Part shown: positions 19,171 through 26,550 of the stretch, piece by piece | Layout: every line of letters begins with the position of its first letter | Numbering within the stretch: the stretch's first letter is position 1 | Virus record (IMG/VR): IMGVR_UViG_3300020045_000864 | Coordinates: 1 to 45,063 of that record | Source of the DNA: a virus | Taxonomy: Duplodnaviria; Caudoviricetes | Direction: 5' to 3' (one strand) | Length of the DNA stretch: 45,063 bases | Made by a program: the position numbers and the translations under genes | The notes under the pieces: model-generated | Seen by the model: the letters and a program-made list of their open reading frames with translations, nothing else | Told to the model about the DNA's origin: nothing | Databases searched by the model: none

Positions 19171-21114
19171 TTATCCATCTAGTTCTGTCCTTCCAATTAC
19201 AACAACCTCGCAAGAGTTTCCACTACAAGCAAATTCGCCTGAGGATGTCGTTGCGTCTTCGTGTTCGTAGTGCCTGAGGTCATCCCAATTAATCTTTGGA
19301 GTAGGATGATCTTCAAGCCATTTATTATATTCATCTTCAGTTACTTCTTGGTAGGGGGCCTGCTTATACGTTCCTCCATCGTGCGGTAGAAAACTAACGC
19401 CGGAAAGAGTATCAAAATTCTTGTAGACCCAAGATGCAACTTCCATCCACTCGTCTTCCTTAACGTTAATGGTTGCACTCGGCTTATGCTCACACCAATT
19501 GTCTTGAAGATGCTTCCAAAGCTCCAATGCTTCCAAGGCAGTTTGATCATGACGAGTTACTGCTCCTTCGGGGGCTTTCTGAGGGAAGTAAAACACCGTA
19601 GTACTCGCCTTAGCCATAACATCTTCTTCCCAATAAACTCCGCTGTCTTTAAGAAACTGCGTAACAGGGTCTTTATTATCCGCCCTGATAGTTCGGAGAT
19701 AAAAAGGAGCATGGCGAGTATGCAAACCACTACTGCTATTGACCAACTGGCTAACAGTACCACTAGGCTTAACACACGTAGTAGCAACAGACTGAGGGAT
19801 ACCAAGACGTTCAGCCCATTCGGCGTTTGTACTGATAACGATTTCTCTAAGAGAGGATAGAATATCCGATTGTCCAACCAGCCCAAGATTATCGCAAACA
19901 CCAGTAAGGGAAACACCCAGTAGACGTTCTTCATTGCAAGTAGTCTGCCATATTTTTCTTAGGTACTTGAAGTCTGTGAAACTTGATTGTATCGTTCCAA
20001 GTATCGCAGCAACTCTAACCTTTCTTTTGAGGTCATCCAAGTTGTCGCTAGATCGGACAACAACTTCGGTAAGGTTGCAAAATTGGAATGGGCGCAAGAT
20101 AATTTCACTGCAAGGGTTCGTCCCAAAAGCAAAGGAAGCATCGCGTCGTCCATTTCTTCCAGCAATTTCTTGGCAAGCATAGCGGGAGAAGAGTCCAGGT
20201 TCTCCTGATTTACTGTCATAAAGTTCTTTCCATTTCTTCATAAAGAACGAAGGATCAGGTCTACGATTACTGTAGACTGCTGAGTTGTTGGCTAGACGAC
20301 GATGGCCACTGGCTTCCCACCATGCACCCGATTTACTGGTACTCATACGTTCATCAGTGCAATCAAACAAAGAAATCATAGCGGAGCGACGGACTCCTCC
20401 TACGACTACAATGTCTGCAATCTTGCACATCAAATCGTGAGCTTCAAGGCTCGACAAGCGGCGTCCTGAAGCCCCGGAAAAGAGCCGTACAGTGAAACAA
20501 AACAAGTCAATAAGCGGCTCGGGTCCTGATGCGCGTCCTCCAAAAGTTTTAAGTCTGGCTCCCGCAGGCCGTACGAGACTTGTATCCCACTTTGGTACTT
20601 GCCCTGCAATGAGTAGGGTAACAAGTTCGCGAAAGGCTCTTGCCCACCCCTCTTTACTATCTGCCACTTTAATTGTGGATTCAGTTTGTTCAAAGTGTTC
20701 AGAAATTCGGGGGAGCTGTTCAACATATTTACTTTCTACTGAGTATCCTACACCTGTACCACACATAAGAATGTACATGGCTTCGTCAAAGCTACGAGGA
20801 CTATCTACAGGTAGGTAGGCACAATTGTAGGCTGGGACATGACAACGATCCAGTGTTGGACCAGCAGTCATGAGACTACGCATAGAAGGCATTACTTCAA
20901 GATTGTAAATAGCGTCATACAACTCCTGCCAACCTTCGTTACCAAGTGGCTCGTAATCACCTTTGACAGTCTGAAGATAGTAGTAATCTACTAGACGCTT
21001 GACTGTCTCATCCCAGTTCTCTCTACGATTCTCAGACTCTAGCCACTTAGAATACCTTGTCTTATAAACGACCTGCTCATAAATAGTCGGAAACGGATTA
21101 TTAGCCTCTGGCAA
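19171..21114 (-). CDS. nrdJ: Class II (adenosylcobalamin-dependent) ribonucleotide reductase
   Basis: YNCAY, GGVRRSA, GTNPCSEI, FCNLTEV, TCVKPSGTVS, C-terminal ACSGNSC; no nrdB partner; SD GGAGG before TTG. Confidence 0.93.
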   Translation of the reverse strand: MPEANNPFPTIYEQVVYKTRYSKWLESENRRENWDETVKRLVDYYYLQTVKGDYEPLGNEGWQELYDAIYNLEVMPSMRSLMTAGPTLDRCHVPAYNCAYLPVDSPRSFDEAMYILMCGTGVGYSVESKYVEQLPRISEHFEQTESTIKVADSKEGWARAFRELVTLLIAGQVPKWDTSLVRPAGARLKTFGGRASGPEPLIDLFCFTVRLFSGASGRRLSSLEAHDLMCKIADIVVVGGVRRSAMISLFDCTDERMSTSKSGAWWEASGHRRLANNSAVYSNRRPDPSFFMKKWKELYDSKSGEPGLFSRYACQEIAGRNGRRDASFAFGTNPCSEIILRPFQFCNLTEVVVRSSDNLDDLKRKVRVAAILGTIQSSFTDFKYLRKIWQTTCNEERLLGVSLTGVCDNLGLVGQSDILSSLREIVISTNAEWAERLGIPQSVATTCVKPSGTVSQLVNSSSGLHTRHAPFYLRTIRADNKDPVTQFLKDSGVYWEEDVMAKASTTVFYFPQKAPEGAVTRHDQTALEALELWKHLQDNWCEHKPSATINVKEDEWMEVASWVYKNFDTLSGVSFLPHDGGTYKQAPYQEVTEDEYNKWLEDHPTPKINWDDLRHYEHEDATTSSGEFACSGNSCEVVVIGRTELDG

Positions 21115-21577
21115 GTACAGCCTCCAATGCAGGACTCTTACCAGCCATTGCTCTATGAATAGTCATCGTAGACAAATTAAGCCGATCTGCGATTGCAGAA
21201 TACGAAAGACCTTCTGCTCGAAGATCACAAGCTTTTTCAAGTATTTCAGGAGTAACCTTTAGAATGGACTCGCCTGCGATCTTATTGAAGATTGGGTTAT
21301 GAAGTTTTATCTGTTCTCTTTCTATTTGCATTGCTTCAAATTTTGTCAAGCCTCTTTGTACAACTACAACCCAGTCATCAGGCAAGTAATTATTTAAATA
21401 AAGATTTTCAAGATATTCAGTATGTTCTTGACTACGAAAAGGTGTTGTGTACATCCAAGCTCTCGAAGAACTGCCGTACCCTACGTAAAGAATTTTTAGA
21501 TTAGTTGGATCACGATGCCAATAAACATAATATTTCTTTTCTTCATAGACTGTTGGAAAAGGATTATTTGCGGTCAA
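21101..21577 (-). CDS. GIY-YIG-like homing endonuclease with C-terminal HTH
   Basis: YYVYWH...LYVGYG...RAW, E and FN motifs, GLSYSAIADRLNLSTMTIHR helix-turn-helix. Confidence 0.7.
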   Translation of the reverse strand: MTANNPFPTVYEEKKYYVYWHRDPTNLKILYVGYGSSSRAWMYTTPFRSQEHTEYLENLYLNNYLPDDWVVVVQRGLTKFEAMQIEREQIKLHNPIFNKIAGESILKVTPEILEKACDLRAEGLSYSAIADRLNLSTMTIHRAMAGKSPALEAVLARG

Positions 21578-21655
21578 AAAGAAGGACTCCGAGAGGTAGT
21601 GTGATAAAACCTAGAAAGTAACCTATTCCTAGTGTTTGCCAAAAATCAACAATCA

Positions 21656-22036
21656 TCACAGGCCGGACATATCCGCTTTAACATAACCTTCAGGTTTTAG
21701 GACCTTGCCATCGTCCCTAAGGATAATCTTCCCGTTAGTCAATTTCGTCATATTGTTGTCAGCTACTCGATTAAAAGCAGCCTGCCCTGAGAAGTTAAAG
21801 AACCAAGGAAAACTCGATAGGGTGTACTGGACATCCGCCCATTCCTTAATGAGGTTGGCTCTGTTCTCAGGGGTTGGTGACTTAATATACTCAGTTAGGG
21901 CTTCATTGAATTCCTGAAGCTCCTCAGAGAACATAGTAATCTCTAGACCAATAGAACCTCCTTCTACGTGAGGGAGCATTCCAGCAGCCTTGTTGAATTC
22001 AGCTACTCGATCTTCTCTAGTTACGGTAAGAATCAT
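21656..22036 (-). CDS. MazG/PRA-PH-like NTP pyrophosphohydrolase
   Basis: EELQE...KEWADVQY, AFNRVADNNMTK, RDDGKVLKP; SD AAGGA before ATG 22036. Confidence 0.85.
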   Translation of the reverse strand: MILTVTREDRVAEFNKAAGMLPHVEGGSIGLEITMFSEELQEFNEALTEYIKSPTPENRANLIKEWADVQYTLSSFPWFFNFSGQAAFNRVADNNMTKLTNGKIILRDDGKVLKPEGYVKADMSGL

Positions 22037-22043
22037 ATATCCT

Positions 22044-22256
22044 TTAATTAATTTCATTGTCGCAAATAGTGTGTTCATTTATCTGATAAGCGACATAATC
22101 CGAAAGAAGCTTATTTCGCTCAGTCAAAATCTTGTTGGCAGCTTTCCATTCGGAAGTAGCAGTTTCCAGCGCCTTGAAAGTCTTTTTGTCAAGAATCCAT
22201 GCTTCTTTAACTAACTCAGAAAGCGACTTAAATTTTTCATCATTCAAAAGAGACAT
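22044..22256 (-). CDS. Hypothetical protein
   Basis: TAATG-coupled ORF in operon. Confidence 0.6.
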   Translation of the reverse strand: MSLLNDEKFKSLSELVKEAWILDKKTFKALETATSEWKAANKILTERNKLLSDYVAYQINEHTICDNEIN

Positions 22257-22459
22257 TAGTTAATTTCATTCTTTTCTACAAGACGAAGCGGACAACGAGT
22301 ATTATCTAAAGTTGTGTCATTAGACATTTTTTGAAATGCTTCTTGCACCTCTTCAAGGGAGTTTGATCGAAAAACTGTTGACCAAGGGTATTGATTTTGT
22401 TTCCTAGTTTTTTCATAGAGAGTTGATTTGGAAATATTCTGTTCTATCGCGTACTTCAA
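22256..22459 (-). CDS. Hypothetical protein
   Basis: Coupled ORF with TTG start in operon. Confidence 0.55.
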   Translation of the reverse strand: MKYAIEQNISKSTLYEKTRKQNQYPWSTVFRSNSLEEVQEAFQKMSNDTTLDNTRCPLRLVEKNEIN

Positions 22460-22692
22460 TTAATTTCATTCTTATGGAGATGACCTACAATAGCTACAGG
22501 AGCTAGTGGTACATCCAGTTGTGTTGGTTCAGTCTCAGCTACGTAATCACCTGAGAAGCACAGGAGACTCTGGTGAGTAACTACATCAGCATCTTCAGGT
22601 GAGAACCTAGCTACTACCTTGATACGGTTGTTCATTAGATAAGTAAAGACGGTAAGAGCTTCCTCTGAAGACATCTCATCAATGTTAGTCAT
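22456..22692 (-). CDS. Hypothetical protein
   Basis: Start placed at MTNIDEM, overlapping the stop of the upstream small ORF. Confidence 0.55.
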   Translation of the reverse strand: MTNIDEMSSEEALTVFTYLMNNRIKVVARFSPEDADVVTHQSLLCFSGDYVAETEPTQLDVPLAPVAIVGHLHKNEIN

Positions 22693-22849
22693 CAAAGTCT
22701 TCATAGTCAATGTAGTAATTTTCTGTTCTTCTTTCTGTTTTAGGAGTCTCAATCTTCTTAGGATACCTAGTATCTTTTGCGAGACGAAACTCCCTGCGCT
22801 TCTTGCGGCGTTCTTTATCATCGTAACTATTAATTCCCTTACGAACCAT
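22685..22849 (-). CDS. Small basic protein with acidic tail (54 aa, below ORF-track cutoff)
   Basis: MVRKGINSYDDKERRKKRREFR...YIDYEDFDD; fills the gap between its neighbours with overlapping start and stop. Confidence 0.5.
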   Translation of the reverse strand: MVRKGINSYDDKERRKKRREFRLAKDTRYPKKIETPKTERRTENYYIDYEDFDD

Positions 22850-23186
22850 ACTCGCTTTCAATCAACAACTCAATATAGTGGATAGCTTTTAGAAGGTCTT
22901 CTTTGCCGTTCTTTTGTCTGTGTCTGGAGACGTACTTGATAGCGTTAGCTTCACACCACGGAATATCATTAGAAAGGATGTACTCGATTGGTTGAATCTT
23001 CCAATCTTTATAATGTGAACCCCCTTCTTGCTTACTTAGTGCGGACACGGGCTGCATCACTGTTGAGCCAGTTTCTGAGGTTGGTGTAATCATCTTCTCC
23101 GAAGTCTTCGTTTGGTTCGATGTTATACTTTGATCCGTATCCATCGCTTTCAGCAGGTCGTACCACTCCATCAGTATCTTCGACAT
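22839..23186 (-). CDS. DUF3310 / T7 gp1.7-like nucleotide kinase family protein (start uncertain)
   Basis: GGSHYK...IQPIEYI...ANAIKYVSR...KNGKEDLLKAIHYIE. Confidence 0.85.
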   Translation of the reverse strand: MSKILMEWYDLLKAMDTDQSITSNQTKTSEKMITPTSETGSTVMQPVSALSKQEGGSHYKDWKIQPIEYILSNDIPWCEANAIKYVSRHRQKNGKEDLLKAIHYIELLIESEYGS

Positions 23187-23407
23187 TAAAGAGTTGTTCC
23201 GTCTTCATCTTCTGTATTCAATCCCAAGTATGTATTAATCAGTGTGAGTTTTTCTTCAAGCAGGTCTTCTACCCTATCAATGAAGTCCTCTATTTCTATC
23301 TCCAACAGCAAGCACAATTCCTCGCTGGAGAATCTATCATTTAGGAGTTGTTTGTATTCAACGTCAATCACGAGTAGGCTTCTCGAATCTTCGTCATACT
23401 GTGCCAC
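23186..23407 (-). CDS. Hypothetical acidic protein
   Basis: ORF in operon, ELCLLLEIEIEDFIDR. Confidence 0.6.
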   Translation of the reverse strand: MAQYDEDSRSLLVIDVEYKQLLNDRFSSEELCLLLEIEIEDFIDRVEDLLEEKLTLINTYLGLNTEDEDGTTL

Positions 23408-24123
23408 GAGAAATCATACAGACCATTTTCTACATTGTCACAAACAGCAATCCCATTAGACCACATATCATTCGCAGGCCCAGCATAACCAGCGCGATAG
23501 TCGAGGAAATTACCAACCACAAGCCCCATGAGGGAAGCTCCAGGGGTTTTGTCAATCTTAAAGTCAAGTACGTGACTATGACCACAAGTAGCGGAACGAT
23601 TACGCTTCTTAATGACTGTCCAAGCGGGGTGAGTACCTCCAATGGGGCGGCCCATGACACCAGATGTGAAATAGTGAGAATAGTCAATCCCATCGACATT
23701 GACCACATCGAGAAAGGGAATAATTTCCCAAGGAAATTCTTTATAGCCGATGTCTTCATTTCTTACATGTCCTTCAAAGACGGGATTGGATTCCACGAAT
23801 CGCTGTGCCCTGATATCGTGATTCCCCAGTGTCCAGACGAATCTTGGTAGTCGCTTTTTATGTTTTCGAACTTCGTGAAAGATTCGTTCTTGAGCGTCAA
23901 TTGCTGCATCACAATCTCTTCGGTATCTTGCGCCTTCGAGTTCAATAGCCTTAGAGTGAAAACACAACGATGCCATATCCGCAAGATCGCCGATATTGAC
24001 GACAACGTCTGGTTTAACATCATGGATCATCTTTCCTAGCCATGTAAAACGGTCGTTATTATAATCGGGGTGTGCGTGACTGTCCCCAATGATCAAATGC
24101 TTAGTTATTAGTTTATCCACCAT
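23368..24123 (-). CDS. Calcineurin-like metallophosphoesterase
   Basis: GDSH, IGDLAD, LGNHD, SH, GHSH motifs. Confidence 0.9.
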   Translation of the reverse strand: MVDKLITKHLIIGDSHAHPDYNNDRFTWLGKMIHDVKPDVVVNIGDLADMASLCFHSKAIELEGARYRRDCDAAIDAQERIFHEVRKHKKRLPRFVWTLGNHDIRAQRFVESNPVFEGHVRNEDIGYKEFPWEIIPFLDVVNVDGIDYSHYFTSGVMGRPIGGTHPAWTVIKKRNRSATCGHSHVLDFKIDKTPGASLMGLVVGNFLDYRAGYAGPANDMWSNGIAVCDNVENGLYDFSWHSMTKIREAYS

Positions 24124-24488
24124 TCTTCAGGGATTGTATTGATTGCCCAAGGAAAGTCATGCTTGTCGCACCACTCTCCGTAGGTAAGGCTGTTCTTAGA
24201 CTTGGTTATTCTTTGATTTGCATTTCGCATGAAAACAAATCTAATATCGAGTTCTGGATTATCTCGTTTAACAAGGACCATTTTTGCTCGATCTGGTTGG
24301 GTGAGACGTCCTTTAGTTTCAATAAGAACACCGTTCGGGAGTCGAAAGTCTGGAATGTATCTAGCTGTACGGGCAGGCTTAGTGTAACGAACAACGGCGT
24401 CAGGTGGCTCGAATGCCAATTCTCTTCCAGCTCTGATTGCGTGCTCGTAAACCTTCTCCTCAAACCCGCTTCTAAACTTCAAAGACAT
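24108..24488 (-). CDS. T7 endonuclease I-like Holliday junction resolvase
   Basis: FRSGFEE, YIPDF, IETKG, LDIRFVF, TYGEWCDKHDFPW. Confidence 0.92.
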   Translation of the reverse strand: MSLKFRSGFEEKVYEHAIRAGRELAFEPPDAVVRYTKPARTARYIPDFRLPNGVLIETKGRLTQPDRAKMVLVKRDNPELDIRFVFMRNANQRITKSKNSLTYGEWCDKHDFPWAINTIPEEWWIN

Positions 24489-25308
24489 TAGGTTCCTTTA
24501 CAATCTTCGTGAAGAATTTCGGCCCACTAGAGTATAAGAAAGTCCGTAGATCGGGCCAGCAACGGTGTTTATGCGCACAATACCCACATTGAGTTCCGAG
24601 TCGGAGATTTCCGCTTTTGCCTTCCGGTACTTCTGGATAACATCTCTCAGGCGGATCATGTTGCTCGATAACATTTTTAAGCTCTTCAATACGTTGTTCG
24701 GGTTTGTTCTTGTTAATGATATCAACAGGTAGATAAGTTACACAAATATCGCCTGATACCTTGTCCATAGCCAGCCAAGCAGCCCTCTGATTAGGGGTAA
24801 GGACAGAGGCATAACCTGATAGCTGCTCGGTATAGCCGAAGGAGTCATTCCCTGTTAGGATACTTCCGTCTTCGAACTTCTTATATCCGAAGCTACTAGC
24901 TGACTTTACGTCTACAACAACTCCGTCTATCAAACAGTCAATGTGACCTAGAACTCCATCAACTTCTACCTCAGCTTGCGCTTCTGTGACTTGATGTCCA
25001 GCCTCAACGACCAGAAACAAAAGGAGTGCCTCGATGACATCCCCGTATAGAAATTTGAAGAGGGTCTTGGGGGAAAGAGTTTCCGCTGATCCATCTTGGT
25101 GAGCTTCGTACCATATTTGCCGATTCTTTTTACCAAGCGCGGAGAACCTAAGAGGGTTACGATCCATCTGTTGTTCACTAAGTCTGGATCGCAGAACCTG
25201 TTTAAGTGTTTCAGCGAAGTTATTTAGATTCTCCTCGTTGACTTCATGGTGTCTATCTTGCTGGAAGAGACTATAAATATTATCAGGTAGTGTATCCAGA
25301 TTAGGCAG
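24472..25308 (-). CDS. PD-(D/E)XK (Cas4/RecB-like) exonuclease; probable CTG start at 25308
   Basis: KFLYGDVIE, GHIDCLIDG..VDVKSAS, QLSGY, CGYCAHK; frame open 47 codons upstream of the first ATG, with GGAG 7 nt before CTG. Confidence 0.85.
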   Translation of the reverse strand: MPNLDTLPDNIYSLFQQDRHHEVNEENLNNFAETLKQVLRSRLSEQQMDRNPLRFSALGKKNRQIWYEAHQDGSAETLSPKTLFKFLYGDVIEALLLFLVVEAGHQVTEAQAEVEVDGVLGHIDCLIDGVVVDVKSASSFGYKKFEDGSILTGNDSFGYTEQLSGYASVLTPNQRAAWLAMDKVSGDICVTYLPVDIINKNKPEQRIEELKNVIEQHDPPERCYPEVPEGKSGNLRLGTQCGYCAHKHRCWPDLRTFLYSSGPKFFTKIVKEPNVFEV

Positions 25309-25522
25309 AATTTGTCTCCACCTGAATCAAACTGCTATCAATCATGGAAATGTCATCATATTCACGTTCAACAATCAACCACCTGTCTGTTGTAATACTA
25401 GGTTCAAGAGAGGCTAGTTCGTAGGCTTGGTCAAGAGCTTCTTCCAATGTATTAGCTGTTATGTTCTGTTGGATCACTTCGGAGATATAGGCTTTACGTT
25501 TAGTCTCGATAATATAATTCAA
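25301..25522 (-). CDS. Hypothetical protein
   Basis: TTG-start ORF coupled to the exonuclease gene. Confidence 0.55.
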   Translation of the reverse strand: MNYIIETKRKAYISEVIQQNITANTLEEALDQAYELASLEPSITTDRWLIVEREYDDISMIDSSLIQVETNSA

Positions 25523-25544
25523 ATTTATCTCTTATGGGTTAAGT

Positions 25545-25649
25545 GCAGGGCTTTCACCTGCTGCGGGCTGTTAACACACCCTCTTCTGGAAAGCAGACGA
25601 GACTTCCCTCGCTGTACTGATCCAGTCTCAGTCTTAGCCGTAGCTAAGA
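25545..25649 (-). ncRNA. Candidate structured RNA (cluster of hairpins) downstream of SSB
   Basis: TCTTAGC-TACG-GCTAAGA, CTGGA/TCCAG enclosing CAGCGAG/CTCGTCTG, and GCAGG/CCTGC stems packed into ~105 nt. Confidence 0.4.
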
Positions 25650-25653
25650 AACA

Positions 25654-26244
25654 TCAAAAGGGCAAGTCTAGATCGTCATCGAGGTCTTCTACGACCTTCT
25701 TCTTACGAGTCTTTACTTCAGGCTCTGGTTCAGGTTCGGCCTCAGAGAAATCTTCGATCTCAGGAGTCTTAGATACTTCACCATAAAATTCATCGTCTTC
25801 ATCTATAGGGGCGAACTCATTAGCTTCATGTGGGATCAGCTTGACTACTCGAATAGCGATAGGATAAATACCTACCTTGTCATCACCATAGTCGACTACC
25901 TTGAATTTAACGTCAATCTTGGAACCATTACCAATACGAACATCTTCAGGGAACTTCTTACCAGCAGCGTCAAAGACCTTAGGAGGACTCGTGAAGTACT
26001 TCTCACCATCCTTGCCTACGAGTTCACGGTATTCCTGCTTGAAGGACACGAACTTACCACGATCATCGGATTTGTCCTTGATCTTTTCCTTGCCCATCTT
26101 AGCCTTAGCCTCGTTGAGATCGTCAGGTACAAGATCGGTAGTCCAGAATAGTCCCTTGCCCTTGTAACCCGGAGAGGGCTTGCCGAGGACCTTACACCAG
26201 TAAGCAGTACCACGGAGGACATGTATTTCTTGATTGTTTGCTAT
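25654..26244 (-). CDS. Single-stranded DNA-binding protein (T7 gp2.5-like); probable ATA start at 26244
   Basis: RIGNGSKIDV motif, acidic tail ending DLDLPF; frame extends to ANNQEIHVLRGTAYWCKV with no ATG/GTG/TTG between promoter and that point. Confidence 0.8.
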   Translation of the reverse strand: MANNQEIHVLRGTAYWCKVLGKPSPGYKGKGLFWTTDLVPDDLNEAKAKMGKEKIKDKSDDRGKFVSFKQEYRELVGKDGEKYFTSPPKVFDAAGKKFPEDVRIGNGSKIDVKFKVVDYGDDKVGIYPIAIRVVKLIPHEANEFAPIDEDDEFYGEVSKTPEIEDFSEAEPEPEPEVKTRKKKVVEDLDDDLDLPF

Positions 26245-26334
26245 TTTAATTTCTCTCTTACTAAGCAGCTTTGCTGCGGCTGTGGCATAGCCACTATATC
26301 TGAATTGAAGTGATAACTCATCACCTGATACACT

Positions 26335-26362
26335 ATTATAACATATTCTTATAGAATTGCAA
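26335..26362 (-). promoter_or_regulatory. Sigma70-type promoter for the SSB operon
   Basis: TTGCAA-16 nt-TATAAT with extended -10 TG. Confidence 0.7.
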
Positions 26363-26382
26363 GAACTATTTGCTAATTTTCT

Positions 26383-26538
26383 TTAATTAAAATTACTTTC
26401 TTTTGTTACGTACTTATCTAGTTCAGCATGAAGGAATTCATTCAGCCAATCATAGCCTTCTTCTGTGTACAGCAGTGGGAACCTCTCGATGAAGTCATGT
26501 AACTTCAAACAAAGACTGTTGATGTCGTCTTCATTCAT
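26383..26538 (-). CDS. Small hypothetical protein (51 aa)
   Basis: SD AAGGAA; MNEDDINSLCLKLHDFIERF...; directly after the polymerase gene. Confidence 0.5.
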   Translation of the reverse strand: MNEDDINSLCLKLHDFIERFPLLYTEEGYDWLNEFLHAELDKYVTKESNFN

Positions 26539-26550
26539 CTTATTTCCTTA

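Noticed and set aside
21101-21577. Group I intron in nrdJ
   Set aside because: nrdJ has its own SD and complete N-terminus; no non-coding intron core flanks the endonuclease ORF
22693-22821. N-terminal part of the 121-aa ORF 22456-22821
   Set aside because: A different frame (22685-22849) gives a better-coupled small gene over this interval
24472-25308. CRISPR-associated Cas4 or a CRISPR array
   Set aside because: No repeat-spacer array or other cas genes seen; this is a replication-module exonuclease
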